From an uncultured Verrucomicrobiae bacterium (GTDB lineage Bacteria > Verrucomicrobiota > Verrucomicrobiia > Chthoniobacterales > UBA10450), in contig CAVWPA010000001.1 of assembly GCA_963756875.1 (NCBI GenBank), positions 668,689-732,688 of the forward strand: a stretch of DNA of 64,000 nt. Direction: 5' to 3'. The notes under the pieces were generated by a model, which ran no database searches, had not been told where the DNA came from, and saw only the letters and a program-made list of their open reading frames with translations. A program made the position numbers and the translations under genes. Shown here in pieces: positions 11,130 to 19,792 of this stretch (the first letter of the stretch is position 1; each line of letters opens with the position of its first letter).

Positions 11130-11580
11130 ACGACCCCGAAGGCTTTCGGGGCTGAAACGGATGTTTCACAGAAGGAAACGAAGGGAACGAAGGGGGAGGA
11201 ACGCAAAGCGGTAAGGGCGAAGGAAGGGCGAGGGGAAGCGGTAAGGGGTAAGGGGAAGGGCGAAGGGAAGAGAGCATGGAGCACGGAGCGTGGAGCGGGG
11301 AGGCCTCAAGGGGTAAGCGGTAAGGGGGAAGGGCAGGGAAAAACCACCAAATTCCAAGCACCAAACCTCAGGGAAACTTCAAGCTCCAAGCTTCAAGGGT
11401 TACGGAGCGGCGGGGATGCAGAGAGGTAAGGGGTAAGGGCTAAGGGCGAAGGGCACGGAGCATGGAGCGGGGAGCATGGAGCGGGCGGAAAAGCATTCTC
11501 ACAGAAGGCAACGAAGGGAACGAAGGGGGAGGAACGCAAAGCGGTAAGGGGCAAGGGCTGGGAAAAACCCCAAGCTCGCC
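11130..11580. repeat. Mosaic repeat block between the two TA pairs
   Basis: Left part matches 10233-10332; right part (11315-11550) matches 12236-12507. Confidence 0.85.
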
Positions 11581-11713
11581 GCGGCGAGTCCGTCCTGTGG
11601 CGGCAGAGCGCCGTGGCTACACCGACGGCCAGGCCAAGAGGTAAGCCGTCTTCTGTGCCGGTCCTCGATATGTAAAAAAGTATGGATATTTATCAATATC
11701 ACTTTAGGTTCTG

Positions 11714-11989
11714 ATGGTGAGGTTTGAATGGGACGAAAAAAAGGAGGCAGCCAACATCGCCAAGCACGGCGTCGATTTCACGGAGGTGCAACGCGCGTTT
11801 TTGGATCCGCGTCGACTGGTTTTCGAGGATCGCGCCCATAGCGGGAACGAGCCGCGTCTGCTGTGCATCGGCAAAACGGCCCGCGGAATTTTGAGCGTCC
11901 GTTACACACGTCGAGACGGACGTCTTCGTATCATCGGCGCGGGTTACTGGAGAAAGGGCAGGAAAATGTATGAGAAAGAAAACGGTTAA
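11714..11989 (+). CDS. BrnT family toxin
   Basis: FEWDEKKEAANIAKHGVDF...EPRLLCIG...RIIGAGYWRKG. Confidence 0.92.
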   Translation: MVRFEWDEKKEAANIAKHGVDFTEVQRAFLDPRRLVFEDRAHSGNEPRLLCIGKTARGILSVRYTRRDGRLRIIGAGYWRKGRKMYEKENG

Positions 11990-12221
11990 ATACACAGACG
12001 ATAAAGGCGAGCTCACGGGCGATTGGCATCGCATCAAGGACGATCTGCCTTCGCCGGATGAACTCGCAGGCGAAATCAGCAAGCGAACTAAAATTACCCT
12101 TGAGCTGGACGATGAGGCTCTGGCGTTTTTCAAACGCGAGGCGAACCGAAGGCACACCAGCTACCAACGAATGATCCGGAATCTTGTCCGATCGTACGCC
12201 AGGGCAGCGTCTTCTCGCTAA
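11970..12221 (+). CDS. BrnA/CopG-like antitoxin
   Basis: KITLELDDEALAFFK...YQRMIRNLV; overlaps the brnT 3' end. Confidence 0.85.
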   Translation: MRKKTVKYTDDKGELTGDWHRIKDDLPSPDELAGEISKRTKITLELDDEALAFFKREANRRHTSYQRMIRNLVRSYARAASSR

Positions 12222-12610
12222 AAGAGCAAAGCGGCAAGCGGTAAGGGCGAAGGGCAGGGAAAAGCCACCAAATTCCAAGCACCAAACCTCAGGGAAACTT
12301 CAAGCTCCAAGCTTCAAGGGTCACGGAGCGGCGGGGATGCAGAGAGGTAAGGGGTAAGGGGTAAGGGCGAAGGGCACGGAGCATGGAGCATGGAGCATGG
12401 AGCGGGGAGCATGGAGCATGGAGCAGGGAGCAGGGGGAAGGCGGAAAAGCATTCTCACAGAAGGCAACGAAGGCAACGAAGGGGGAGGAACGCAAAGCGG
12501 TAAGGGCTAAGGGCAGGGAGCATGGAGCAGGGGGAAGGCGGAAAAGCATTCTCACAGAAGGCAACGAAGGCAACGAAGGGGGAGGAACGCAAAGCGGTAA
12601 GGGCGAAGGG
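12222..12610. repeat. Mosaic repeat block with internal ~80-bp tandem duplication
   Basis: Copy of 11315-11550 with extra GGAGCAT units; ~12428-12508 is repeated at ~12525-12605. Confidence 0.85.
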
Positions 12611-12631
12611 TGGTTCGCGGAGCGCAGGGAG

Positions 12632-12967
12632 CTACGGCGTAACGGACAAGGGCGTTGCCGCGGGGCCTGGCGACGGCGCGGGATGCTCGAAACTGATGCG
12701 GTATTTTGTGACCAACGCGCGCGCGTCATCGTCGCTCTGCGAAACATTCACCAGATCGCGCGCCAGCAGTTCGAGCCCATGCTGGATCTTCTTCGATTCT
12801 TCAACCGCTCGCGTCTGTTGTTCGCGCAACCGCTGACCATTAAGACGCGTCTGGTTTCCAATCCACAACTGCCACCCCAGGATAGCAATCAGGCTGATGG
12901 CGATTAAGACGAACGGGAAAAAACTGCTGCTGCGAATCCGGTTCGGTTGTGACGTCGTCTCGGGCAT
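12632..12967 (-). CDS. Hypothetical bitopic membrane protein with coiled coil
   Basis: TM FFPFVLIAISLIAILGWQLW, Gln-rich helix, Pro-rich tail. Confidence 0.7.
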   Translation of the reverse strand: MPETTSQPNRIRSSSFFPFVLIAISLIAILGWQLWIGNQTRLNGQRLREQQTRAVEESKKIQHGLELLARDLVNVSQSDDDARALVTKYRISFEHPAPSPGPAATPLSVTP

Positions 12968-12978
12968 GGGGAGGGGAA

Positions 12979-13425
12979 TTGTTAGTCGTTATCAGTTATC
13001 AGGTTATCGGTTATCGGAAGAATCTCACAGAAGGAAACGAAGGGCCAAGCGTCAAGGGGTAAGGGCAAGGGAAAGTAGAAAGCAGTCTCACAGAAGGAAA
13101 CTCCGAAAGCTTTCGCGAGCAGGCGAAGGTAACAAAGGGGTAAGTGGTAAGGGCGAAGAAAACGCCGAACGCCGAAGTCAGAACGTTTCTTTGTCTTGTC
13201 ACTCATCACTGTGTCACTTGGGAAGGCAGATCTGCAAAAGAGTTGGAACTTGGAGCTTTGGAATTTCTCTGGTGCTTGGTGCTTGGAACTTGGGGTTTCG
13301 CAGCGCGGCTGCGCGCTGCCTTCGGTTATCTGTTATCAGTTCTCTGTTCTCTGTTTCTCGTCCTGTCTCTGTCCTGTCCTCTGTCCTCTGTCCTCTGTCC
13401 TCTGTCCTCTCCTCTGTCACCTGGG
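12979..13425. repeat. Mosaic heptamer block (TTATC[A/G]G, CTTGG[A/T]N, CTCTGTC)
   Basis: Successive 7-bp-period runs of different sequence. Confidence 0.85.
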
Positions 13426-13432
13426 TGTCGGA

Positions 13433-13699
13433 CTAGGTGGGCGAATTTTCTTTCAGCCTGAACCCGTGGCGAGTAAGTAGATCGCGCAGTGTTTGGTTCT
13501 TTTCGGCCGCTGCGGCAATGTCGCGTACAAGGGTCGTGCCGACCTGCTGGCCGTGAATCCCCTTATTGATTTCTATTTGCTGCGCCTGCAGTTCGACTTG
13601 CAGATCTTGATTTGATTTGCTGGAAACGATCACGGCGCCGCTCAGGCCGACACAGATCAGGCCGAGTATCACTGCGAAAACAAATTGCCAGCGAGCCAT
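13433..13699 (-). CDS. Hypothetical bitopic membrane protein with coiled coil
   Basis: TM WQFVFAVILGLICVGLSGAVIV then Gln-rich helix. Confidence 0.7.
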   Translation of the reverse strand: MARWQFVFAVILGLICVGLSGAVIVSSKSNQDLQVELQAQQIEINKGIHGQQVGTTLVRDIAAAAEKNQTLRDLLTRHGFRLKENSPT

Positions 13700-13752
13700 T
13701 GAGAGGAATTAAAGAAAAAAGCGGAAGTTAGAAAAGGAAAAAATAGGCGGCA

Positions 13753-13935
13753 GGGAGCACGGAGCAGGGAGCAGGGAGCAGGGAGCTGGGAGCTGGGAGC
13801 TGGGAGCTGGGAGCTGGGAGCTGGGAGCTGGGAGCTGGGAGCTGGGAGCTGGGAGCTGGGAGCTGGGAGCTGGGAACTGGGAACTGGGAGCTGGGAACTG
13901 GGAGCAGGGAACTGGGAGCTGGGAGCTGGGAACTG
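13753..13935. repeat. Tandem heptamer array GGGA(G/A)C(T/A), ~26 units
   Basis: Directly visible GGGAGCT run with GGGAGCA/GGGAACT variants. Confidence 0.95.
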
Positions 13936-14354
13936 CCAAGCAGAAAACGCCCAACTCCGAAAGCTTTGATTCGTTTGCTGCCCGCTCTCTCACCCTCGCC
14001 CCTCGGGTTGTATGATCTATGTCGCGGTGTCCCCACTCGCTCCATTCGCGAGCAGGCGCTCAACGCCGAACGCCGAAGACCGAAACGGATTTTTCACAAA
14101 AGTAAACGAAGCAAACGAAGGTCGGAGATCGGACGTCGGAGGTCAGCTTTCGGCGGTCGGATCGAAGTTCGTTGCGGCGAGGGCGCCGCAACCAACACCC
14201 GAGGCGGGTGTGCTCCCCGGAAGCGGAGATCAGAAGGTCCTATCCAGCCGCGAGCATCAAGCATCAAGCGCCTCTCCGAGCCCCTTAGCCCTTACCGCTT
14301 TGCCAGCGTTGTTACCGCTGGAATCGCAGGCGACACGCCTGCCTCTACAGGGTT

Positions 14355-16268
14355 TTAGTGCGCGGGTTGCGTTTCCTTGGGAAGAAAGGCGCGCTCTTCG
14401 GGGAGGAGCTGCTCGGGATGGAGATGGGCGAGCTCGGCCTGGGCTTCTTTTTTCTCGCCCGCTGCGAAGAGCACTGCCGCGTGCACTGCAATGGCCGAGG
14501 GACTCACCGCATTCTTTGGGACCGTCAGGCCCCGGTAAAGCGCCAGCGCAGTGAACGGACGGTTTTGTTTCAGAAGCGCCAGTGCCAGCAACGTCCGATG
14601 CGGAAGGCTGGCCGGTTCCTCTTGCACGAGTTTCTCGCCGAGGCGCTCAATCTCTTCCAGCTCCGAAGAAGCTGAAAGAGACTGGTTATCAGTTATCGGT
14701 TCTTTGTTATCAGGAGGCTGGCTGTCCTCTGTCCTCTGTCCTGTGTTCTCTCTCCGAGCCGTAGGCTCTACAGAGCCGGAGGCTGTCTTCTCCGTCGAAT
14801 CCAAGAGCAGCAGCCGCGTGTACGCTTCGTCGTTCTGCAGGCCGGTGTCGTTAGGCCAGATTTTCAACAAGTCCACGAGCGCGGCATGGATCTTTTTCGT
14901 GTCGCGACCTTCATAAATCGTGCGCAACCGCCCCAGCTGTGCCGCGCGCGATTTGGGCGAGATCGTTGCCGCGGCATCGTAAGCGGTCGCCGCCACCTGA
15001 TGCGCGCCGTTTTTCTCGGCGTAATCGCCGAGCATCAGCAGTTTGTTCACGTCGCCGGCTGCATCCTCGACCGCGCGTTGCCAGTTGTTATCGGCCCCTT
15101 TTTGCTGGCCTTGCTGCGCGTAACAGCGCGCCAGATACATGTCCTGAATCACCTGATCGAGCGGGAACCGTTCGTTCTCGAGAATTTTTCGAATGTCGTC
15201 CCAGCGGCCGAGCGCGCCGAGCGCGTCCACGTGTTGCAGGAAAAGCTCGCGCGTTTGGGTGGCGCGAGTGAGCGGAACGGTATCGAGAATACGCTGATAT
15301 TCGCCGCGCCGGTAAAGCCAGGCGGACAGCGCGTACAAATCTTCGTTGCTCGCGCTTTTCCAGCGATCGATCGCGCGCTGCTCGATCTCTTGTTTCTGTT
15401 CGGGGTGCTCCGAAATATCGAGGTCCACCGCGATCAGCTTGTGCGCAATTTTCGCCCGCGGATGATTGTCGATGTCGTGAATCAACTGGTCGATTGGGAT
15501 CGGCGACGAAACTTTTGCATTAGCCGGCGTCGCGAGAACGTGTTGCGCGGTCACGATGAGCGCGTCGAGCGAGACATCGTCGTCGCCCTTGGCGAGCGCG
15601 GCCATGCGATCGCCAATCTGTTTGGGATCGCCCACCAGACTGGCTCCGCCGTTCTGGCCTACGGTGTCGAGGACGATTACCGCCCGCAATTGATCGCGTC
15701 GCGTCGCGCCCTTATCGGCCAAAACTCTTTGGGCGAGCTCGCTGGCTCGGTCGAACCGGCGTTTATCCAAAGAAACTTCCGCGGCCAGGAGAAGGTCCGC
15801 CGGGGCAGGTTTTGCGCCGGGATATTTGAGCAGATGTTCGACGGCGGTTTCCGCGGCGGCGAGATCTTTCACTTTTATCGCGAGCCCTGCTTCGTCGCGC
15901 AAATCCTGGCGGGTGAGCGTTGTCACCGCCGCCAGATTTTTCCAAAACTCGAGCGCATCCGCCTGTCCGGCGCGCGACAGCAAACGGGCGACGGCGCGAA
16001 GAGCCTGCGGCTCGTTAGGCTGGAGGCGGTACGCGGCGGTGGCTTCGTCCCGGGCTTCGCGCCATTTCTGTTGATCGAGGAAAGTAAACGCGCGCGCGGC
16101 GTGACGCCTTGCCTGCCAGCTTCGGATTCCGTTTCGCACGGGCCGCGCCACGAGAACTCCAACGACCGCGACGATCACCACGGCCAGCGCGATGAAGAGG
16201 ATCCGGCGGCGTTTGCGTTTTCGATAACGCAGCTCTTCCGGGGTGAGCATGAAATCGCTTTTTGCCAT
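14355..16268 (-). CDS. Membrane-anchored TPR-like protein
   Basis: Basic N-terminus, TM, helical repeats ([23 protein letters not shown]); repeat-derived insert near the C-terminus. Confidence 0.8.
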   Translation of the reverse strand: MAKSDFMLTPEELRYRKRKRRRILFIALAVVIVAVVGVLVARPVRNGIRSWQARRHAARAFTFLDQQKWREARDEATAAYRLQPNEPQALRAVARLLSRAGQADALEFWKNLAAVTTLTRQDLRDEAGLAIKVKDLAAAETAVEHLLKYPGAKPAPADLLLAAEVSLDKRRFDRASELAQRVLADKGATRRDQLRAVIVLDTVGQNGGASLVGDPKQIGDRMAALAKGDDDVSLDALIVTAQHVLATPANAKVSSPIPIDQLIHDIDNHPRAKIAHKLIAVDLDISEHPEQKQEIEQRAIDRWKSASNEDLYALSAWLYRRGEYQRILDTVPLTRATQTRELFLQHVDALGALGRWDDIRKILENERFPLDQVIQDMYLARCYAQQGQQKGADNNWQRAVEDAAGDVNKLLMLGDYAEKNGAHQVAATAYDAAATISPKSRAAQLGRLRTIYEGRDTKKIHAALVDLLKIWPNDTGLQNDEAYTRLLLLDSTEKTASGSVEPTARRENTGQRTEDSQPPDNKEPITDNQSLSASSELEEIERLGEKLVQEEPASLPHRTLLALALLKQNRPFTALALYRGLTVPKNAVSPSAIAVHAAVLFAAGEKKEAQAELAHLHPEQLLPEERAFLPKETQPAH

Positions 16269-16525
16269 GAAGGGAAGTTTTAAGTCTTAAGTTTTAAGCT
16301 TTAAGTAGAACCGCGGATTTCCCGCCACGGCGGGCATGGCGAATGACGAAAGAAGAAGAGAGAAAACGCCGAACGCCCAACACCGAACGTCCAACGTCCA
16401 ATGGAAGACCAAGAAATGACGAATGGCGAAGGAGATCGCAGCCGACACGGCTGCCTCCACAGCGGCAACAGAAAAGAGGAGAAAGGCACGGATCAAAAAC
16501 TCTGGAGAAAGGTCGTTTCCGGATT

Positions 16526-18268
16526 CTACTTTGTTTCGATCAGATTGGGAAGAAGCTTGGCGAATTGCTGGTCGGCGATGGAATCGTCGGCCTCCGGGGG
16601 TATCAACATGATCAGTTCGAACACCTGTTGGCCGCGGTTGCGGATCCCGTTTCGCACGACACGCCAGCGGTCGGCCCAATCCCAATTGGAATACAAGCCG
16701 GCGGCTGCCCCGGCGCCCATTTCCGTTTTGTGAGCGACATCTTCGTGCAGAGTGAAAAACGCGACGGCGTGCAACGGCGGCCCGCCGCGGTTTGGCTTGA
16801 CGAAATCGAATCGCCGGAAAGGAAGGGATCGATTCGGACCAACAAGGTAACTCTCGATTCGAGCCTTCCCCACTTCTCGCCAGCCGGCCGCCGGCAGACA
16901 GATGTCCGGCCGGTGCGCGCGCGCGCGCAAAATGGTTCCGCTGCCGGGGTTCCAACGGAAGAAGAAAAGATAATCAACGGCGGAACGGGGCGCCGCGGCG
17001 GGGCTGTTTTCTCTCGGGGTCCAGGCGACTTCGCGGCCCGAATCGAAGCGCAAAATGTTGCGCACTTCGCTGTCGATCTTTAGCTCGCGATAGCCCGGCT
17101 CATTGTTTGGCCATCGCACAGACCATCCGGGCCTGACGACCAGGTCGCGTTCGTGGATCCGATACCAGAACTCCGCGCCAATCTCGGCTACGATCACCCA
17201 CAAAAGGAGAGCGGCGGAAAAGTAGAAAGTAGAACGTAGAAAATTGAAACCCGAGGCTAACCTCCGGCCTCTGACCTCTGGCTCCGGCTCCGTAGAGGCG
17301 ACGCCTCGGAGAGGCTTCTGATCTCCGTGCTCCAAGCTCCCAGCTCCCGGCTGATGATGCGTTTTCCACCGCGACGCGATCCACATTGTCCCGATAAAGA
17401 CCAGCACCACGATGGCGTAACCGGCGACATCGTGCCACCGGCTGAGTGCGGCGAGTCCGTCGGCCGACGCGATCCACACCAAAAAAGTCGCGCGCAAAAA
17501 ATTGGCGAACAACGCGATGGCGACCGCGCTGGCGATGAGAATGAAGCGGGGACCCAGGCGCAACCGTTTTAGCTCGCCGAAAAGAAGACCGATAGTCAGC
17601 GAGGTTTGAAGCGAGCGCACACCGCTGCAGGCTTCGTTCACCCCGACCAGTCCGTGCGGAAGCGCGATCAGGTTGCCTTGCACTTCCGCGGGAATGCCGA
17701 ACAACGCCAATACCTCGGCCGCGCTCGCCGCGATGATGCGCATGAGACCTTGCACAATCGGTTCCTCGATCGGCGTCGGCCACGGCACCGCCACGAAAAA
17801 GAAGAGCACCGGAAAACTGAAATGGCGGAGCCAGCGTGTTCCGCCGGCAAGATAAATCATCGACAGCGTGATGGTCGCCACAGCCGCGACGTGCACCCAT
17901 CCGAGCGGCCGCCAATCGGCGCTGCCGATTTCAAAGATGCGCAGCGGCAACAAGATCAACGCCGCGCCGATGATCAGCGCAATCGCTGCCGATTTGGGAT
18001 TTGGGGTTTGGGGTTCCGGGTTTTACCGGCTGGGCCGATCTTCCCAACGCAGCCAGAACAGGTATGCCGCGAAGAACGGGACGAACCAGCCGTAGTTATA
18101 TTGTTCGTTAAAACTCCATTCGTCGCTGAGATACCGGCAGACAACGAACCAGAGCGCGCCGAGGGCGAGCACGAGGAGAATAAAGGTCGTACGGTTGGGC
18201 GCGCGATCGGTTGCGACCAAATTTGTGCTGCTGGCAGACTCTACGGCGGATTGCGCGTCCAAGCCCAA
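16526..18268 (-). CDS. Exosortase fused to EpsI-like C-terminal domain (frameshift near 18020; start approximate)
   Basis: EWSFNEQYNYGWFVP, FAVPWP-like motif, VNEACSGVRSL (catalytic Cys), ANFLR, WHD; C-terminal HRPDICLPAAGW. Confidence 0.88.
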
Positions 18269-18444
18269 ATCATACGATGATTCTGCGTCCACGAAAAACG
18301 GAAATAGTTGTCGCTTGTAGGGCGTGTGTGTCAAACGCCTGCAATTACCCACTCTGGTTTCAACATTGGACGTTGGGCGCCTGCCGCGCCGTAGCCTTGC
18401 GAAGGAGGGTTCGGCGTTGGACGTTGCAGCTGAACATTTCTCAA

Positions 18445-19332
18445 GTGCTTCCCACTCAACAGATTCTTGGAATTCGATTTTTCGACGGGAACGTCGATCA
18501 GGCGGTCGATCGCATGTTTCGCGACGGCGGATTTCTAGTCGCGCCGTCCGGGACTTGTTTCGCGCGGTTGCGCCGCGACGCGGCGTATCGCGACGCGGTG
18601 ACTCAGGCCGATGTCGCGATTCCCGACAGCGGCGCGATGGTTACTTTCTGGAAACTTTTTCGGGGACGCGCGCTGACCCGCATTTCCGGGCTGAAATATC
18701 TTCAACATGTGTGCGCGCGATTGTTTGCCGCAAAATCGCGAACCCTTTGGGTCCTGCCTAACGAACGCGCCCTGCAAAAGACCATAAAATGGTTACGTAC
18801 AAATCAATTCGCAATCGACCAGGACGACTTTTACATCGCGCCAATGTACGCCGAGCCGGTGCAGGACCCCGGCCTGCTCGCACTGATCGAAACGCGCAGA
18901 CCGGAGCACGTGATCGTGGCGATCGGGAGCGGCCCGCAGGAAAAGCTGGGCCATTATTTGCGCGATCGTTTGAGTTACCGGCCGGCCATTCATTGCATCG
19001 GCGCTGCGCTCGGATTTCTGACCGGCGACCAGATCAAAATTCCCGACTGGGCGGACCGGCTTTATCTTGGCTGGTTCCTTCGATTGCTTGCACAGCCGCG
19101 CGTTTTTATTCCGCGACTGACGCGCGCGGCACAATTACCGCTGCTCATTTATCGCTATGGAGAGAAATCCGCCGCCGCTCGCGGCAGCGCAGAGGACAGA
19201 GGACAGAGGACAGAGGACAGAGGACAGAGGACAGAGGACAGAGGACAGAGGACAGAGGACAGAAAACAGCTGACAAAAGACCGGGAAAGACGAAGTAACA
19301 GGCTATGCAAATCGAATCAGCAAAAGATTTGA
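18445..19332 (+). CDS. WecB/TagA/CpsF family glycosyltransferase
   Basis: QILGIRF, ADVAIPDSG, RISGL, IGSGPQEKLG, CIGAALGFLTG..IPDWADRLYLGWFLRL; the tail is translated AGAGGAC repeat. Confidence 0.88.
   Translation: MLPTQQILGIRFFDGNVDQAVDRMFRDGGFLVAPSGTCFARLRRDAAYRDAVTQADVAIPDSGAMVTFWKLFRGRALTRISGLKYLQHVCARLFAAKSRTLWVLPNERALQKTIKWLRTNQFAIDQDDFYIAPMYAEPVQDPGLLALIETRRPEHVIVAIGSGPQEKLGHYLRDRLSYRPAIHCIGAALGFLTGDQIKIPDWADRLYLGWFLRLLAQPRVFIPRLTRAAQLPLLIYRYGEKSAAARGSAEDRGQRTEDRGQRTEDRGQRTEDRKQLTKDRERRSNRLCKSNQQKI
19191..19263. repeat. Perfect (AGAGGAC)x10 array
   Basis: 70 bp exact repeat at 19191-19260. Confidence 0.95.
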
Positions 19333-19688
19333 ACGTGTACAAAATTGCGTATGAGCTCGCGATGGAGATTTTTGAAGCCACGAAAGGATTTCCGGTTGAA
19401 GAGACGTATGCCCTAACGAGCCAGATTCGCAGGTCTTCAAGATCAGTTTGTCTGAATTTGCGTGAGGCATGGGCAAAACGACGTTATGAAGCTCACTTTC
19501 TGAGTAAGCTGACTGATTGTGATGGAGAAGCGAATGAGACAGATTCTGCGATCGATTTCGCGAAGGACTGCGGTTATATCCCACACGACCAGCATGAAAC
19601 GCTCGTCGCCAAATGCACGGAAGTGCGCCGAATGGTCGGCGGAATGATAAACAAGCCCGAGGCCTTCATTGTTCCGGGGAAGCTGTAG
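19305..19688 (+). CDS. Four-helix-bundle protein (23S rRNA IVP / TIGR02436-like)
   Basis: DLNVYKIAYELAMEIF...FPVEETYALTSQIRRSSRSVCLNLREAWAKRRY...DGEANET. Confidence 0.93.
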   Translation: MQIESAKDLNVYKIAYELAMEIFEATKGFPVEETYALTSQIRRSSRSVCLNLREAWAKRRYEAHFLSKLTDCDGEANETDSAIDFAKDCGYIPHDQHETLVAKCTEVRRMVGGMINKPEAFIVPGKL

Positions 19689-19733
19689 GAGCATTCGTGT
19701 AATGACGGCATTCCGGTTTGGTATCGTGCTTGC

Positions 19734-19790
19734 CCTCTGTCCGCTGTTCTGCCTGTTTTCTGTCCTCTGTTACCTGTCCTCTGTCCTCTG
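19734..19790. repeat. Degenerate (GTCCTCT)n array, reverse complement of 19191-19260
   Basis: CCTCTGTCCGCTGT...GTCCTCTGTTACCTGTCCTCTGTCCTCTG. Confidence 0.85.
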
Positions 19791-19792
19791 GA

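Noticed and set aside
13709..14063. ORFs with PAPSSQL repeats (also LCPLSSV/EDRGQRT ORFs at 13.1-13.5 and 19.1-19.4 kb, and those at 11.0-11.4 and 12.3-12.9 kb)
   Set aside because: They are translations of heptamer arrays that are open in several frames at once, with no independent coding evidence.
10150..14350. Recurring ~26-bp CACAGAAGG..AACGAAG motif as a CRISPR repeat
   Set aside because: Spacing is irregular, the intervening DNA is itself repetitive or genic, and no cas genes are present.
19305..19688. Diversity-generating retroelement (Avd-like fold)
   Set aside because: No reverse transcriptase and no TR/VR pair with adenine-specific mismatches were seen.
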